A stretch of 61,050 nt of DNA, the filler included, from Squatina squatina (Eukaryota): the NCBI GenBank assembly GCA_031763465.1. It is 4 parts of 4 records of this genome, joined end to end, with 100 filler letters (N's around TTAATTAATTAA, not from the genome) between each part and the next. Parts side by side here need not be neighbours in the genome. Positions count along the whole stretch, not along the records: positions 47,544 to 61,050 come from JARFOE010000192.1; 3 more parts are not named here. One strand, 5' to 3'. This document shows positions 49,745 through 61,050 of this stretch, in pieces. Numbering within the stretch: the stretch's first letter is position 1; the number at the start of each line of letters is the position of its first letter. The position numbers and the translations under genes are program-made. A model generated the notes under the pieces. That model had not been told where the DNA came from. It saw only the letters and a list, made by a program, of their open reading frames with translations, and made no database searches.

Positions 49745-49904
49745 CAATCTGTAGCTCTGGATTGTTTTCGTACAGGCACCACTCCACGTTGCAGTCACAG
49801 TGAGACTTCTCAAATAAATTGTCCAAGATTTCACGCACAGTCTGCCTTTCATCAACCATCAGTGTTTTACTGCTGCTATCATTCATGAGGACCTTGACAA
49901 CCAG
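49745..49904 (-). CDS. APBB1IP: APBB1IP Ras-association domain exon
   Basis: tttcAG|LVVKVLMNDSSSKTLMVDERQTVREILDNLFEKSHCDCNVEWCLYENNPELQI|GTAAG, 160 nt. Confidence 0.88.
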
Positions 49905-50002
49905 CTGAAAGGTAGAAACAGGGATTATGATTGAGCACAATTGAATGACCCGACCCCTTATTCTGGCCCATAAGCATTTAGATATCAAAATACAAATAGG
50001 TA

Positions 50003-50192
50003 CAACTAGGCTTGTATTCCCTGGAATTTAGAAGATTAAGGGGTGATTTGATTCCAAGATACTTCAAGGGTAGATAGAGAGAAACTATTTCCATTGGTTG
50101 GGGAGTCTAGGACTAGGGGACATAGTATAAATATTAGAACCAGCTCTTTCAGGAGTGAAGTTAAGAAACACTTGTATATGCAAAGGGTGATA
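50003..50192 (+). mobile_element. CR1 ORF2 3' fragment
   Basis: LGLYSLEFRRLRGDLI...LFPLVGESRTRGHS. Confidence 0.75.
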
Positions 50193-50197
50193 GAATC

Positions 50198-50529
50198 AGC
50201 CATGGCTCAAATGGCAGCCCTCTTGCCTCTGAGTCACAAAGTTGTGGGTTCCAGTTCCACTCTAGAGACCTGAGCACAGAAATCTAGGCTGACACTTCAG
50301 TGCAATACTGAGGCAGTGTTGCACTGTTGGAGGTGATGTCTTTTGGATGAGACGTTAAACTGAAGCTTTGTCCGCTTTAAAAGGCGGATGCAAAAGATCG
50401 CATGGCACTATTGTGAAGACGAGCGGGGGAGTTATTCCTGGTATCCTGGCCAACATTTAAATCTCAACCAACACCACAAAAACAGCTTATCTGGTCATGA
50501 CCACACTGCTGTTTGTGGGATCTTGCTGT
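50198..50529 (+). mobile_element. Deu-domain SINE with tRNA-like head (SacSINE1-like)
   Basis: tggctcaaatgg...ctctgagtca...gggttccagt head, then aggctgacacttcagtgca.tactgagg...cttttggatgagacgttaaactga Deu core. Confidence 0.75.
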
Positions 50530-51028
50530 NNNNNNNNNNNNNNNNNNNNNNNNNNNNNNNNNNNNNNNNNNNNNNNNNNNNNNNNNNNNNNNNNNNNNNN
50601 NNNNNNNNNNNNNNNNNNNNNNNNNNNNNGCTCTCCATCAGTAAGAGGCATCACAATTGATCTTTGTCCTGTCCAAATGCAAATCTTCTGCCTGGGGTTA
50701 CTGAATAACAATCCGGAGCAAAATCCTGGTAGAAACCACCCCCCACCCGAATTACTAACCCCATATGTGGAGTTGAGCCACAGAAAGTTGGTACATTTAC
50801 ATACTCAGCCACCAGGGGAGGTGTAAACTGATTTAAAAACAGTCTTTGTTAATGGAAATAACCAGGAATTGATATGTTTCAAACATTTTGTGATGTAATA
50901 ACTATCAACAAGGCAAGCTACATTTATAAAAAAAAACTTTTTTCCAAATGCATGAAATTAGTAATGTGTTTTATTTGATCTCAATTGTTTTTTTGACTGC
51001 AGATTTAACAATATTCTTTCTTTTCCAG

Positions 51029-51260
51029 GTATTTCACTACCTGAGTATTGCAATTCTGACTTTCTTTATACTGGAACTAATTGGTAAATTATATGCCTTC
51101 CGCTTGGAATTTTTCTGGCACAAGTTTGAAGTCCTGGATGGAGTCATTGTTATTGTATCTTTCATTCTTGATATTGTCTACATTTCCCGGGAAGATGCTT
51201 TTGACGGTGTGGGCTTACTTATACTACTAAGACTGTGGCGAGTGGCAAGAATAATAAATG
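51029..51260 (+). CDS. HVCN1: Voltage-gated proton channel (Hv1-like) exon encoding S2-S4
   Basis: ttttccAG|[50 protein letters not shown]...[16 protein letters not shown](G)|GT, with the Hv signature RxWRxxR. Ortholog versus paralog is unresolved. Confidence 0.8.
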
Positions 51261-52599
51261 GTACAGTTCATAATTGAACATCTTTAAATGGGATCATACA
51301 TGTTGGGGAAAGAAGGGAGATGGATTCATTTTGTCTCAACATCTTTCACTGGGTGAAATCAGCTGCTAGGAGAATGCATTTTATGAAACGGGATGTCATT
51401 TATTGACTACTGAACAATTCTCTGCTTCACAAAATGTAATTTTTGCATTATATCTAAACAAAAATAAAAATGAAACAGAAATTCAGGTGAGTGCATATGC
51501 CAACATGCATATTCACAGAGTATGCACAGACATTATGCTAAAATGGGCTTACAGAAACAAAAAAATTCAAATCTGTTCAATCACAAGAAATGAGGAGGTC
51601 CCATTCTTGCGGTTGGAAGAACAATTATAGTTTGGAGAAATATAGAAGTCCAGTTTTGCTTTTGCCCTTACCAATAATAACCATTGTCTTATCATTAACA
51701 AAAAGAAAGCTGCAGCCTATCATAATCAAATGTCAATTTAACACCTAAATCATTGATCATGTGGGCTCCAACGTGGCCAGGTTGATTATTTTGAAGATTT
51801 TATCTGGTTACTTAATGATAATTGAAGAATTTCTACTACATCAACAGAATTGGTTTGGACCTCTTTCACACAATATTACAGTGGTTATGAAGACCAAATC
51901 ACCCTAAAGAAAACCCTAGCACAGGACGCAAGAGATGCTTCATACTGTCATCGTCACCTCCTTATATTGTTGGCTGTAAGACGATTTATATTACTGCCAA
52001 TTTGAGTAAAACACGTTTTTGAAGATAACACTAAACCAAATAAGTTCTCTGGGATGATATCATGTCACTTATTTTCCAGCTATGAATCTTCATTATTTGA
52101 GTTATTGAATTACAAATATGATAAAGCTCTCAACAAGCAATTCCAGCAACTAGAATCTGAGTTAAATCTGACTTACGCACTTCTTTCCAGCTCCATGTGC
52201 TAGCATAGAGTCCAATATTATTTAAATAAAAATATTTATTAGCATTATTTGAAATTAACCACAACTCACCTTTGAATGTTTTCTGACCTTCAAAACAATT
52301 TCAAATTTGTTTTAGTGAGCACGAATTTTATTGTATTCAACATCCAGTGGCTTGAGACTGAGGGTTGACAATCTAAGTGCCTATCACTTTTCACCGGGGA
52401 CTGGGTGTTTCCTGTGTTAACGGAAGTTTGCTGAATATTCAATGAAAACCTTTATTTAAATTGGTAGGCCAGAAACCTCCAAATGCCACCTGCTGGATGA
52501 GGTATAGTACTAACTCCAACTGTTGCCTTTTAATTAAGTCACCTTTGTTTCCTGAACAGATTTACTTTCTTTTCTTGCTTGTTAATTCATTTTACAGTC

Positions 52600-53325
52600 T
52601 TCCTGGGCGAGAAACTTGGCCGGTAGCGTCCGTTTTTTGGGTGCTACGAGTGCCAGTAGTATTCCAAAATGGCGTCTGCGGCGCATGGTCACACTTCTCG
52701 TGCAAAGCACACCAGACACTATCTTGGTAAAGGTGCTAATGCAGTTAATGTCCGCCAGAAATATGCAGAGCAGGCAGGTCATGACGTCACACTGATTTGA
52801 AGCCAGCGCTTCCATTTTGGAGCTCCAAGCTCCAGTCAACACCCTTTCTTGAGCTCACACAGCTGAACACATGTTACGCAGCAGGAAGGACCCCCATGAG
52901 TACTATTTAAAGGGATCACCAACTACTTACAGGTTAGCTACTGGTTGATTCCTTCTGGCTGTGGCTACAATTTTACACTGGGGCTTTCGATGGTTGTTTC
53001 AAGTTTTAAAAGTCTACAGGGAGTGGTGTGACAGGTGCTGAGTACTTTTTGCCAACTTCAAGGCTTCTGCACAAACCAGTTCCTCTCAGACATACGTGCA
53101 GTAGTAGGCATTCCCCATGCAATAGAGCATGACTGGGAGAATGAACAGAGGCCAGGCAGAGCAGGACAAGCTTCTAGAAGAGGGTGGAGGAGGAGGGCTC
53201 TCATAGGAGGCCATATTCGCCCAGGGTGTCCAGAGAGCAATTCTCCTACCTGAACCTTAGCGACGCCAATGTTTGAGATGTCTGCAGTTCAAAAGGATGT
53301 TGTTCTGAAATCTACCACCAGCTGC
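52600..53325 (+). mobile_element. Harbinger transposon end plus decayed HARBI1-type nuclease N-terminus
   Basis: RRPYSPRVSREQFSYLNLS...QCLRCLQF across frameshifts at about 53205-53325; CpG-rich subterminal region with CAAAATGGCG. Confidence 0.65.
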
Positions 53326-53699
53326 NNNNNNNNNNNNNNNNNNNNNNNNNNNNNNNNNNNNNNNNNNNNNNNNNNNNNNNNNNNNNNNNNNNNNNNNNNN
53401 NNNNNNNNNNNNNNNNNNNNNNNNNAAGAACCTGGGCAGTTCTTGGTTGTTTGTGTTCCTGCTGTATTTTGTAAAGAAACTTTGGTGGGCCATCTGGTCC
53501 CGTGATCTTTGAGGCCAACATTAAATTACTGCCTGCTGCTCGCTCTGTCTGGTATACACAAGGGTGGAGAGATAATCTGCCTATTGAAGCTGATCTGTTG
53601 TTCACTGCTGCTTTATGGTTGCACGAGGAGTGCACTCACACTGTACAGTAGGAGCAGAATGAAGAAATTTGCATCATTTCTTAATGCATCTTAATATAG

Positions 53700-54000
53700 G
53701 TCAGCCACAAGTTCAAGCTTCTGGGAACTCTCTTGAGCTAGACTGATATTTCAGTGCAGTAGTAAGTGGAGTTCTGCAAAGGGCTTTCTTTCAGATGTGA
53801 TGTTAAACTGAGCCCTGCCTGCCTTTACAAGTGGATGTAACAAGCCCATGGCAATATTTAAAGATGTAGAGAGATTTCACCTTGTGTTTCGGCCAGCATT
53901 CAACCCTCAACCAACAGCACCAAAACTGATTGAGAGGTCGGTGCTTTGGGACATCCTTAGGTCAGCAAAAGCTGTTGTAGAAATGCATGTCCTTTCTATT
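53700..54000 (+). mobile_element. Diverged Deu-domain SINE
   Basis: agactgatatttcagtgcagta...ctttcagatgtgatgttaaactgag...ggccagcattcaaccctcaaccaac, homologous to 50198. Confidence 0.6.
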
Positions 54001-54197
54001 TGAATCTAACCCTTATTGTTTCGAGCTGTTCCAATTATAAATGCTGCTGCAATCCTGTCCCAGAATCTTCAGGAAAAGCAGTTGGGCCCGTGAGTCAGCG
54101 ATTGGTGTTCAAGCGGTGGGGAGATGGGCACTGCACAGTGTCGATGAGGTAGCAGCTCTCCGTGCATACTGACTGCTAAACTTTCATAATATTTCAG

Positions 54198-54399
54198 GAG
54201 ACAACGAGGTGCCGTCTGAGGATGCATTGATCTTGCAGCTCCAGTTGTCGAAGGGACAAGAGAAATTTGTGGAAATGTTGAAAAGTCAACAGAAAGCTAT
54301 CGGCGATTTACAGCAGAGGCTCACAGAGCAACAGGCCACGCTGATAAACCAGCAAAGAGAAATTCTGGGGCAGCAGAGGAAGATGTTTGAACAGATGGA
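54198..54399 (+). CDS. Uncharacterised gene, coiled-coil exon (3' end in gap)
   Basis: atttcAG acceptor; DNEVPSEDALILQLQLSKGQEKFVEMLKSQQKAIGDLQQRLTEQQATLINQQREILGQQRKMFEQM shows a heptad, Gln-rich pattern. Confidence 0.7.
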
Positions 54400-54540
54400 N
54401 NNNNNNNNNNNNNNNNNNNNNNNNNNNNNNNNNNNNNNNNNNNNNNNNNNNNNNNNNNNNNNNNNNNNNNNNNNNNNNNNNNNNNNNNNNNNNNNNNNNC
54501 TTTCAATTACGGCTAATTATTCATTTTGTCTTCAATCCAG

Positions 54541-54607
54541 GACAAAGATGAGTGTCTGGAGTCAGCAGATCTTTGTGGCAATCGGATTAAATGTCTTAAC
54601 ACTCCAG
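54541..54607 (+). CDS. Uncharacterised gene, calcium-binding EGF-like exon DKDECLESADLCGNRIKCLNTP(G); not in the ORF track
   Basis: ttcaatccAG acceptor; D-x-D-E-C start; GTGGGC donor; phase 1 joins 54706 to complete CLNTPGGFRC. Confidence 0.8.
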
Positions 54608-54705
54608 GTGGGCACTTTATAATTTCTGTTAGTCCCAAAGTGAGAAGTGCCAGCCCTGACGACAGAGTACTTCAGTCAGTCTCTCTCTCCTGTTCTTTTT
54701 AACAG

Positions 54706-56234
54706 GTGGATTCAGGTGCCTGGGTGTTGCTGAAAGGGACGTGGCCTCGGGGCTTTGTGGGCACGGCTACTTCTTCAACAAAGAGATGCAGGAATGCCAG
54801 GCCTGTTCGCTCTGTGATGAAGGCACAGTGGCTCTCCGGTGCTCCCTGCGCAGTGATACCGTTTGCACCCAGTCGCCCGAAAACCGGCTCTCGGAATCAT
54901 GGTCAACGAACACCGACGACCCGTCGCTTAGACTCGGGCAGGGCCCCGTTCACCAGGGCTTGAACCTGCTCTTAAAGGGAAAGCCCCAGTCCGACCTGGC
55001 GACCAACGAAGACGGCAGGTTGGTCTTCAGGCAGCACGGACTGATCTGGGCCGATTACAACTTTGCCGTCAGGCACAACTGCAGGAACTTCCTCCAGCTT
55101 TCGTTGAGGCTGAATGAAGAGGAGGAGGAGGGTCGGGACCTCAGTGGCGTCCGGGTCGAGCAGCCCGAGGGGAAGTACTACCAGAGCGGCAGCATGAGCG
55201 GCTCGGCCGAGGTGGAGCCCAGCCATATGCTCCACCTCTTCGCGAAAAGCCCCAATCAGTTCTGTAACCAAAGCAGCGACCTCAACTTCTACCACCTCCA
55301 CAACCCATTCAGCTTCTTCTGGCTGTCTCACGACACAGGGGCGGTGGCAATGAGCGCGCACATGGCAAGCTCTGTCCACTACCAGACCAACTACCGGCCT
55401 GTCTTCAAGGTCATTTCCATCTCCGATCCCTACATGATCAGCTTGTTCCACGACGGCAGGGCTGTGAGATTCACTGAGCAAGGGGTCGTAAAGTTTGTGT
55501 ACCACCAGGCGCTGTACGCTATGGGCCATACGTGCGTTCGTGAAGGCTTCACATTACTTTCCTACATTAACAGGAACGGGACGAACAAAGAGTTAACTCA
55601 AGTCTATAAATCTGGTGTCAACTATCGGGATACCTCGATTTCTGCCTCTGGAGCGGCCATGGTAAATGGCGGAGACACGATCAGCTTTCAGATCCACTCT
55701 CCTCCACAGTGCAGTGTGCGTTACTTTGGAGACACATCTGGGATCAGTGTTTTCAGCCTAATTTGGATTCCATCGGCGGTTTCCTCGGCCCTGTCGCTCA
55801 CTGTTTCGGGATCTGCGTTACCAACAGGGGCTGTGAGGAATAAGTTTCTGAGTTTCCAGGAGGTTTTGCCAGTGGCAGAACAGAGCCAGGTCGCGCTGGT
55901 GACGTCTGGGCAGTTTGCAGACAAGTATGTCCTGTTCCGTGACAGTGGAGTGGCCAGCCTTGCGTTCAACATCAAACTGATCCACTCTTGTGACTTCGTC
56001 AAAGTTACCCTGAACCGGCTGCAGAGCGACCACACCCAGCCGTCTGCTGTCGCGTGCCAAATTGGGGGTCAGATGCCTGCAGGTAGCCAGTGGACAAGCG
56101 TCGGTCTACGTGCTTCGTTTGATGTCCGGAACGGCACCATGGCAGCCATCTCCCTGGACTGTGTACGAGGGCGGATTAATCAGATTGCACATGGCAGCGG
56201 GACCAATCTCTCAATTTTATGGGTTTCATCCTGA
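54706..56234 (+). CDS. Uncharacterised gene, terminal exon: TNFR cysteine-rich domain plus three tandem C1q/TNF-like beta domains
   Basis: ttttaacAG acceptor; 1529-nt open exon ending TGA; CGHGYFF..ECQACSLC..RCSLRSDTVC; threefold internal repeat; AATAAA at 56291-56296. Confidence 0.85.
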
Positions 56235-56290
56235 ATCATACTGTTGAATGGAAGAGTGCCTTCAGCACTTATGTGAAGGTACATTAAGCC

Positions 56291-56296
56291 AATAAA
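56291..56296 (+). terminator. Polyadenylation signal of the uncharacterised gene
   Basis: AATAAA 57 nt after the stop codon. Confidence 0.45.
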
Positions 56297-57919
56297 GCAT
56301 CACGGCAGTTACAACTGGTTTCAGATAATTGACTCCTATTACAGCTGATGAAGGTTTCAAAGTTCCTTACTGTGATGTTTGGTGGGGGGTGGGCAGGGGA
56401 GAACCACAGTTGAAAGCAATGGATGCCAAGATGAATGTTGTTCCCACACTGCAGTGTAGGTAACAGGTGGATATTAAGCCAGACAAATGGAAAGAAACTG
56501 ATGGCAAAAGAGAATCCAAGTTGACTATGCGTGTGCTGCAAGATTTCAAATATACATTGTAACTGCTGCTTTACAGAATATTGTGTCAAGGATCCAAAAT
56601 TGTGACCCAGCAAACATTTTTGCAGTACAGATCTCACCGCGTATAAAATGTGTCTTCTGTATAGTGGCCTTTTGCTCTGTTATTTCCAGCTCCGCTCTGA
56701 CCTGCAGCTTTATTTAAACTACAGTTAGTGCTTAGTACAAGCTGTAACCCACACGCCACTTATTAGGAGGGCTTAAATATCCAAAAGGTAATTGAACATT
56801 AACCAATTGTTATTTACTTATTTACTTACTCAATGTTTGTTCTTGAATTCAGTGCACCTAATGAGGTGCGAACTAATGAGTAACTCCAGCTGCTTCTGCC
56901 CGAAATAAAAGGAGCACTAAAGACACTATAACTGTCAACTTTGAAATTGATGTGAATGCAAATAGATAATGGTTATTGCTTTGGCCGATATAAGCGATTA
57001 CCCATTTTAAGTGGTGGTGACTGTACCTCAATTGTTTCTCCACCTTTACGGTGGGAAGCGTCCTCTGGGGTGTGCTGGGGCTCACTGCTGCTGGGAAATA
57101 TTTACAGTTTCTACCTCTTCAAATGCAGGCAATGAGAACAATTGACTACAGGCTAGACACAATTGTGAACAATATAAATGAGGTTTCATCCCCTGCCCTG
57201 AGCTCTGTTGAAAACATAACTACAGCTGTTCCATGGGGAATTTTTTGTTTGACTTTTGCTTCCTGGTGTGACGATGCACATTGCCTTTTGTTTGGCCCTT
57301 GGCACCGCACCAGCTGTTAAATGTGAAAATTAAATTCAGTTGGCACTGCAAACTGATCACTAACATGGCGGAGAAAAACTGCTCTGGTTGTTATGTGTAG
57401 TGTAATCATAATTGTGTTCTTTTTGAATGCACTTATGATGTTGCAACTTGTAGAGACCAGAGCAATTCTTGCCCCAAGTGTGCGCACAAACTGCGTGACA
57501 ACGCATACAGGTTCTCGCTTTTTTATTCCATTCATTAATGGAGTTATATCAAGAGGAGCAACCTCCCCTCCCCCCACAAAAAAAGCACAATCTGAGTCAT
57601 TCATGCAAACTATGAAGTTATGGTTAGACAGAAAAATGATAAAAGTTATCTAATCTAAATTACATGTAATGATAGCAGGGTGTGGTTATAAGACTATGAT
57701 CTAATTAAAATGTGATGGTAGCAAGAGCACTGTCCTACTTCTCATAACATTTCTATTTTTTTTCTACCTTTAGATAGTCCAAGAGATTGAAAAGTGTAAG
57801 AAAGAACTTTCATTTCCATNNNNNNNNNNNNNNNNNNNNNNNNNNNNNNNNNNNNNNNNNNNNNNNNNNNNNNNNNNNNNNNNNNNNNNNNNNNNNNNNN
57901 NNNNNNNNNNNNNNNNNNN

Positions 57920-58045
57920 CAGTAAATGGGAAGTAGGGGAGGTGACCAAAGGTGTGGTCAAAGAAGTAAGTTTTGAGGAGCTTTTGGAAGGAGGGGAGAG
58001 AGGTGTTGAGATGTAGCCGATTAATGAGGGAGTTCCAGGTTGCAG
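57920..58045 (-). mobile_element. L2 LINE ORF2 C-terminal fragment
   Basis: WNSL..RLHLNTSLPSFQKLLKTYFFDHTF. Confidence 0.7.
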
Positions 58046-58639
58046 TTATGTGGTGATGAAGGTAGGTGAATAAGAACAGCCTATAGAATGAATGTATGTA
58101 CCACAAATAATAACTGATACCTTGGGACAACTTCAAGGAAGCAGTGTAATCTTGGCGTTCAGGAGAACTGAGCTTCATACCATGCAATGTCACCGGAGCC
58201 CACAGTTAAATAAATGCCTGTGTAATTGTTCCCAGGTTCTATTATTCTCTATATACACAGTGACCAAACAATCAGTGATTAACTCAGAAATGCGTCTGTA
58301 TCAATGCTCACACTCTCTATTGCTGGCACACTGAAATCATTTAATCTCATAGAGAGATAGGGAGGAACTTATTTGTCTTGCTTGCTTCTCTGTACAGTGG
58401 AGATCAATCACAAGTTCCCTCACATGGGAGACAGCTCTTTAATTGGATTCCATCTGTAACATCTGAAGTATTTTTAGCAACAAAGGATGACAAGACCAAA
58501 CCGAGCCATATTTCTACTAAAAAACCCTGATGTGAAATTCAGATGGTTTGAGACTGCAGCATTCCTAGTCAGTGAAGCACATTAACCCTTTGAGTACTGA
58601 ATGAACTTCCAGTTTATGAAACACAGATATGTTTTATCA

Positions 58640-58778
58640 TCCTCCCCTTCTTAAAAAGCCTGCTCTTGACCCATTTATTATCTCCAAAAACAGACCCCAT
58701 CTCCAACCTGCCCTCCTTACTAAAGTTCTGGAATACATTGCCACCATCCAACTCCACGTCCACCTCTCCCATCATTCA
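58640..58778 (+). mobile_element. L2 LINE RT N-terminal fragment
   Basis: PLLKKPALDP....NRP......LTKVLE.....QL (decayed NYRPIS..SKILE motif). Confidence 0.65.
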
Positions 58779-60134
58779 AAGTTCAGACTCCTTGGGGTAG
58801 ATCTTGTGCAATAGTGTAAAACTATTGTACTGAACTGAAGTATCAGCCTAGGTTATGNNNNNNNNNNNNNNNNNNNNNNNNNNNNNNNNNNNNNNNNNNN
58901 NNNNNNNNNNNNNNNNNNNNNNNNNNNNNNNNNNNNNNNNNNNNNNNNNNNNNNNNNGTGCTCACAGGGCGTGTGGGTTAGGAAATTGTGGGCCCTGGTT
59001 CTTAATTTTCTGTTCATTTCAATTATTCAATAGAAAATCAGGACTTCCCAAACTGTGCTCCCTGCGTGTGCTGCTCCTTGGCAGGGGATCAGCCTTGATA
59101 TGTTTTCTTGGAGTTCTTAAAGTAATTTAATTAAAATAACAGGAGTCAGATTGTGCCTTACAATGACATGATGACTGTCTTTCTTTCAGAACACTTGGAA
59201 CTTTGGTTAAAGCATTACAAGCTTGATTGTGACTTTGGGTCTAACCTCTTGTGCCACACCATCTGCAAATTACTATTTTTTATGTGTAGAATATGAAACA
59301 CGCAATATCCATTTCCCAACCTCTCACCTGCATTTCCTGAAAAATTAAAGGCAGACAAAGCATTCAACACTCAAGTTCTTTATTACAGGTAATACTGTAC
59401 CTGTAGCTGGCTGGATATACAACAAGCATCTTAACAGCATAGACACAGGACAGTGTTTACTATTCAGATTCCAACACATAGTTCCATATTGGCGGGGATG
59501 CTTCAAAATATGCTTCAAAATATACATCAGATGCAAGAAAGTNNNNNNNNNNNNNNNNNNNNNNNNNNNNNNNNNNNNNNNNNNNNNNNNNNNNNNNNNN
59601 NNNNNNNNNNNNNNNNNNNNNNNNNNNNNNNNNNNNNNNNNNACTGCACAATAAGATTTTTTTTTACTTCATTTTTTTTTGATTGACTCTGTAGATCCTG
59701 CTAAATACATGGAACGCACATCCTAGCCTGTTAAATGGACATGACTAAGACAGTTACACAGTTTGTTCAGTCAATGGTCTTCTCCAACCCAACAAGTACT
59801 AATTCACATTCAGTCTGAATAAGATCAAGCTGCAAGTTTAAATGGGATTAGCAACTGGAAGTGTTTTAGCACAATGCAACGTATGAGGTCAGTGTGAACA
59901 ATGTAAAATTTCACAGATGTTAGTGCAACAGCGGTAGAATCAGATTATAAAGTGCTCCAAGTCCCTTTTAGTGAATGGTCGAGCCGTTGAACATGCAGCA
60001 GCATGTCCAAATGGTATCTTACTCTACTGTGTCGTTTCACACTATGCTTCTGAATTCCTCTCATTTATAGGAGACATTTATTTGAATGTTGGCAGTAATG
60101 CTAGAATAATTGCACATGTGCAAGATAACAAGGT

Positions 60135-60443
60135 AATTACAAAAAAGGAAGGCCATTCAAGCCAGCTTAACGAATTCACCCAGAGAGATCCTAACATTCC
60201 ACCATTGTACATCCAATTGTTTCTTAAATGATTCCAGGGATTTTGCTTCCACTCGTCCATCTGGAAATTTATTCCACACGTTGACCACTCTTTCTGTGAA
60301 GAACTTTCTGATATTAATCCTAAAATGACCTTTTACAAGAATAAACTCGTGTGCTATGGTTCTATTCCACAGTTTAATTTAAAGTAATAATCTGAGTTAA
60401 CTTTTCCTGCACCCTTAACAATCCTGTATACCTCTATAAGGTC
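60135..60443 (-). mobile_element. Diverged CR1 3' region
   Basis: DLIEVYRIVKG on minus; ttccacacgttgaccactctttctgtgaagaac; aggaaggccattcaagcc. Confidence 0.6.
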
Positions 60444-60784
60444 AGGCGTCCTTGTATGTGTTATAGTGTACATGTGCAGAGCTGTGCTTTTCTCCACTTG
60501 AGCAATGTAGGCAGGTAATGTAACTGGGACTGTCACCTCTGGTTGGATGTATCCCTGGAGGCTTCATCACATGACCTCCTGCCTCCAACCACCCCACTCA
60601 ATCAAACAGCCTTTTTTCCCCATCTCTAATATTTTGTTACTAATAAACAAAAAAGTGTTCAAAGATAATGCAAAGAGACACACACTGCTTTTTAATGCCA
60701 TGATTTTCCTCCTGGGTTGCTTGTAACGGTGTCCAGGAGATTAATTTTTAATTCCTGGTGACCGCAAGACAGTATTGAAGGTTT

Positions 60785-60890
60785 GGTGACTGTAAATACA
60801 ACAGTGGCTGTCCACTTGCACCATAAAGAAAAAAGCAAGAAAGACTTGCATTTCACGACCACCAGACGTCTCAAAGTGCTTTACAACCAT
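60785..60890 (-). mobile_element. Deu-SINE/L2-type 3' tail
   Basis: aagaaagacttgcattt...gacgtctcaaagtgctttaca is the reverse of the tail at 13190-13246. Confidence 0.5.
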
Positions 60891-61050
60891 GCTCGGAAAT
60901 GGTGCAGTGTAAGTAGAGCAGAAATGCAATTTTGAAGTGGCAAGTATCTAAAAAGTACCAGAGCAACATCTAGCGGTTTAATAATCAGGCATTATACTAT
61001 CTTCCTTTACATTTTTTACAGTGGCTATTTCCAGAGATTTTAGCATCTCT

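Noticed and set aside
50198-50270. tRNA gene
   Set aside because: A/B-box-like sequence is the head of a Deu-SINE; no full cloverleaf.
54972-56060. Minus-strand ORFs of 185, 104 and 80 aa
   Set aside because: Antisense shadows of the long GC3-rich terminal exon.

Overview
Eukaryotic (vertebrate) genomic DNA, most likely from a cartilaginous fish, inferred from the repeat content: Deu-domain SINEs, Penelope, CR1/L2/RTE LINEs and Harbinger elements. The window is four unrelated scaffolds joined by artificial N44-TTAATTAATTAA-N44 linkers (15875, 28946, 47488). Each scaffold is short contigs separated mostly by 100-N gaps, so genes are fragmentary and distances are unreliable. Scaffold 1 (1-15830) has ACTA2-type actin exons, CH25H, an IFIT gene and an SLC16A12 exon, in the human 10q23 order. 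It also has a decayed, possibly viral, envelope-like ORF with a diverged tandem duplication. Scaffold 2 (15931-28901) has the TNFRSF13B/TACI last exon, a candidate NF-kB-driven first exon and MPRIP-family exons 1-2. Scaffold 3 (29002-47443) has a CpG-rich promoter with a signal-peptide first exon of an unidentified gene, a CTCF site and many repeats. Scaffold 4 (47544-61050) has APBB1IP exons and an HVCN1-like exon. The top novelty candidate is also in scaffold 4: an unnamed gene encoding coiled-coil + Ca-binding EGF-like + TNFR cysteine-rich domain + three tandem ~150-aa C1q/TNF-like repeats. Penelope termini carrying minimal hammerhead ribozyme motifs occur four times. Gene names come from recalled sequence similarity, not from database searches.
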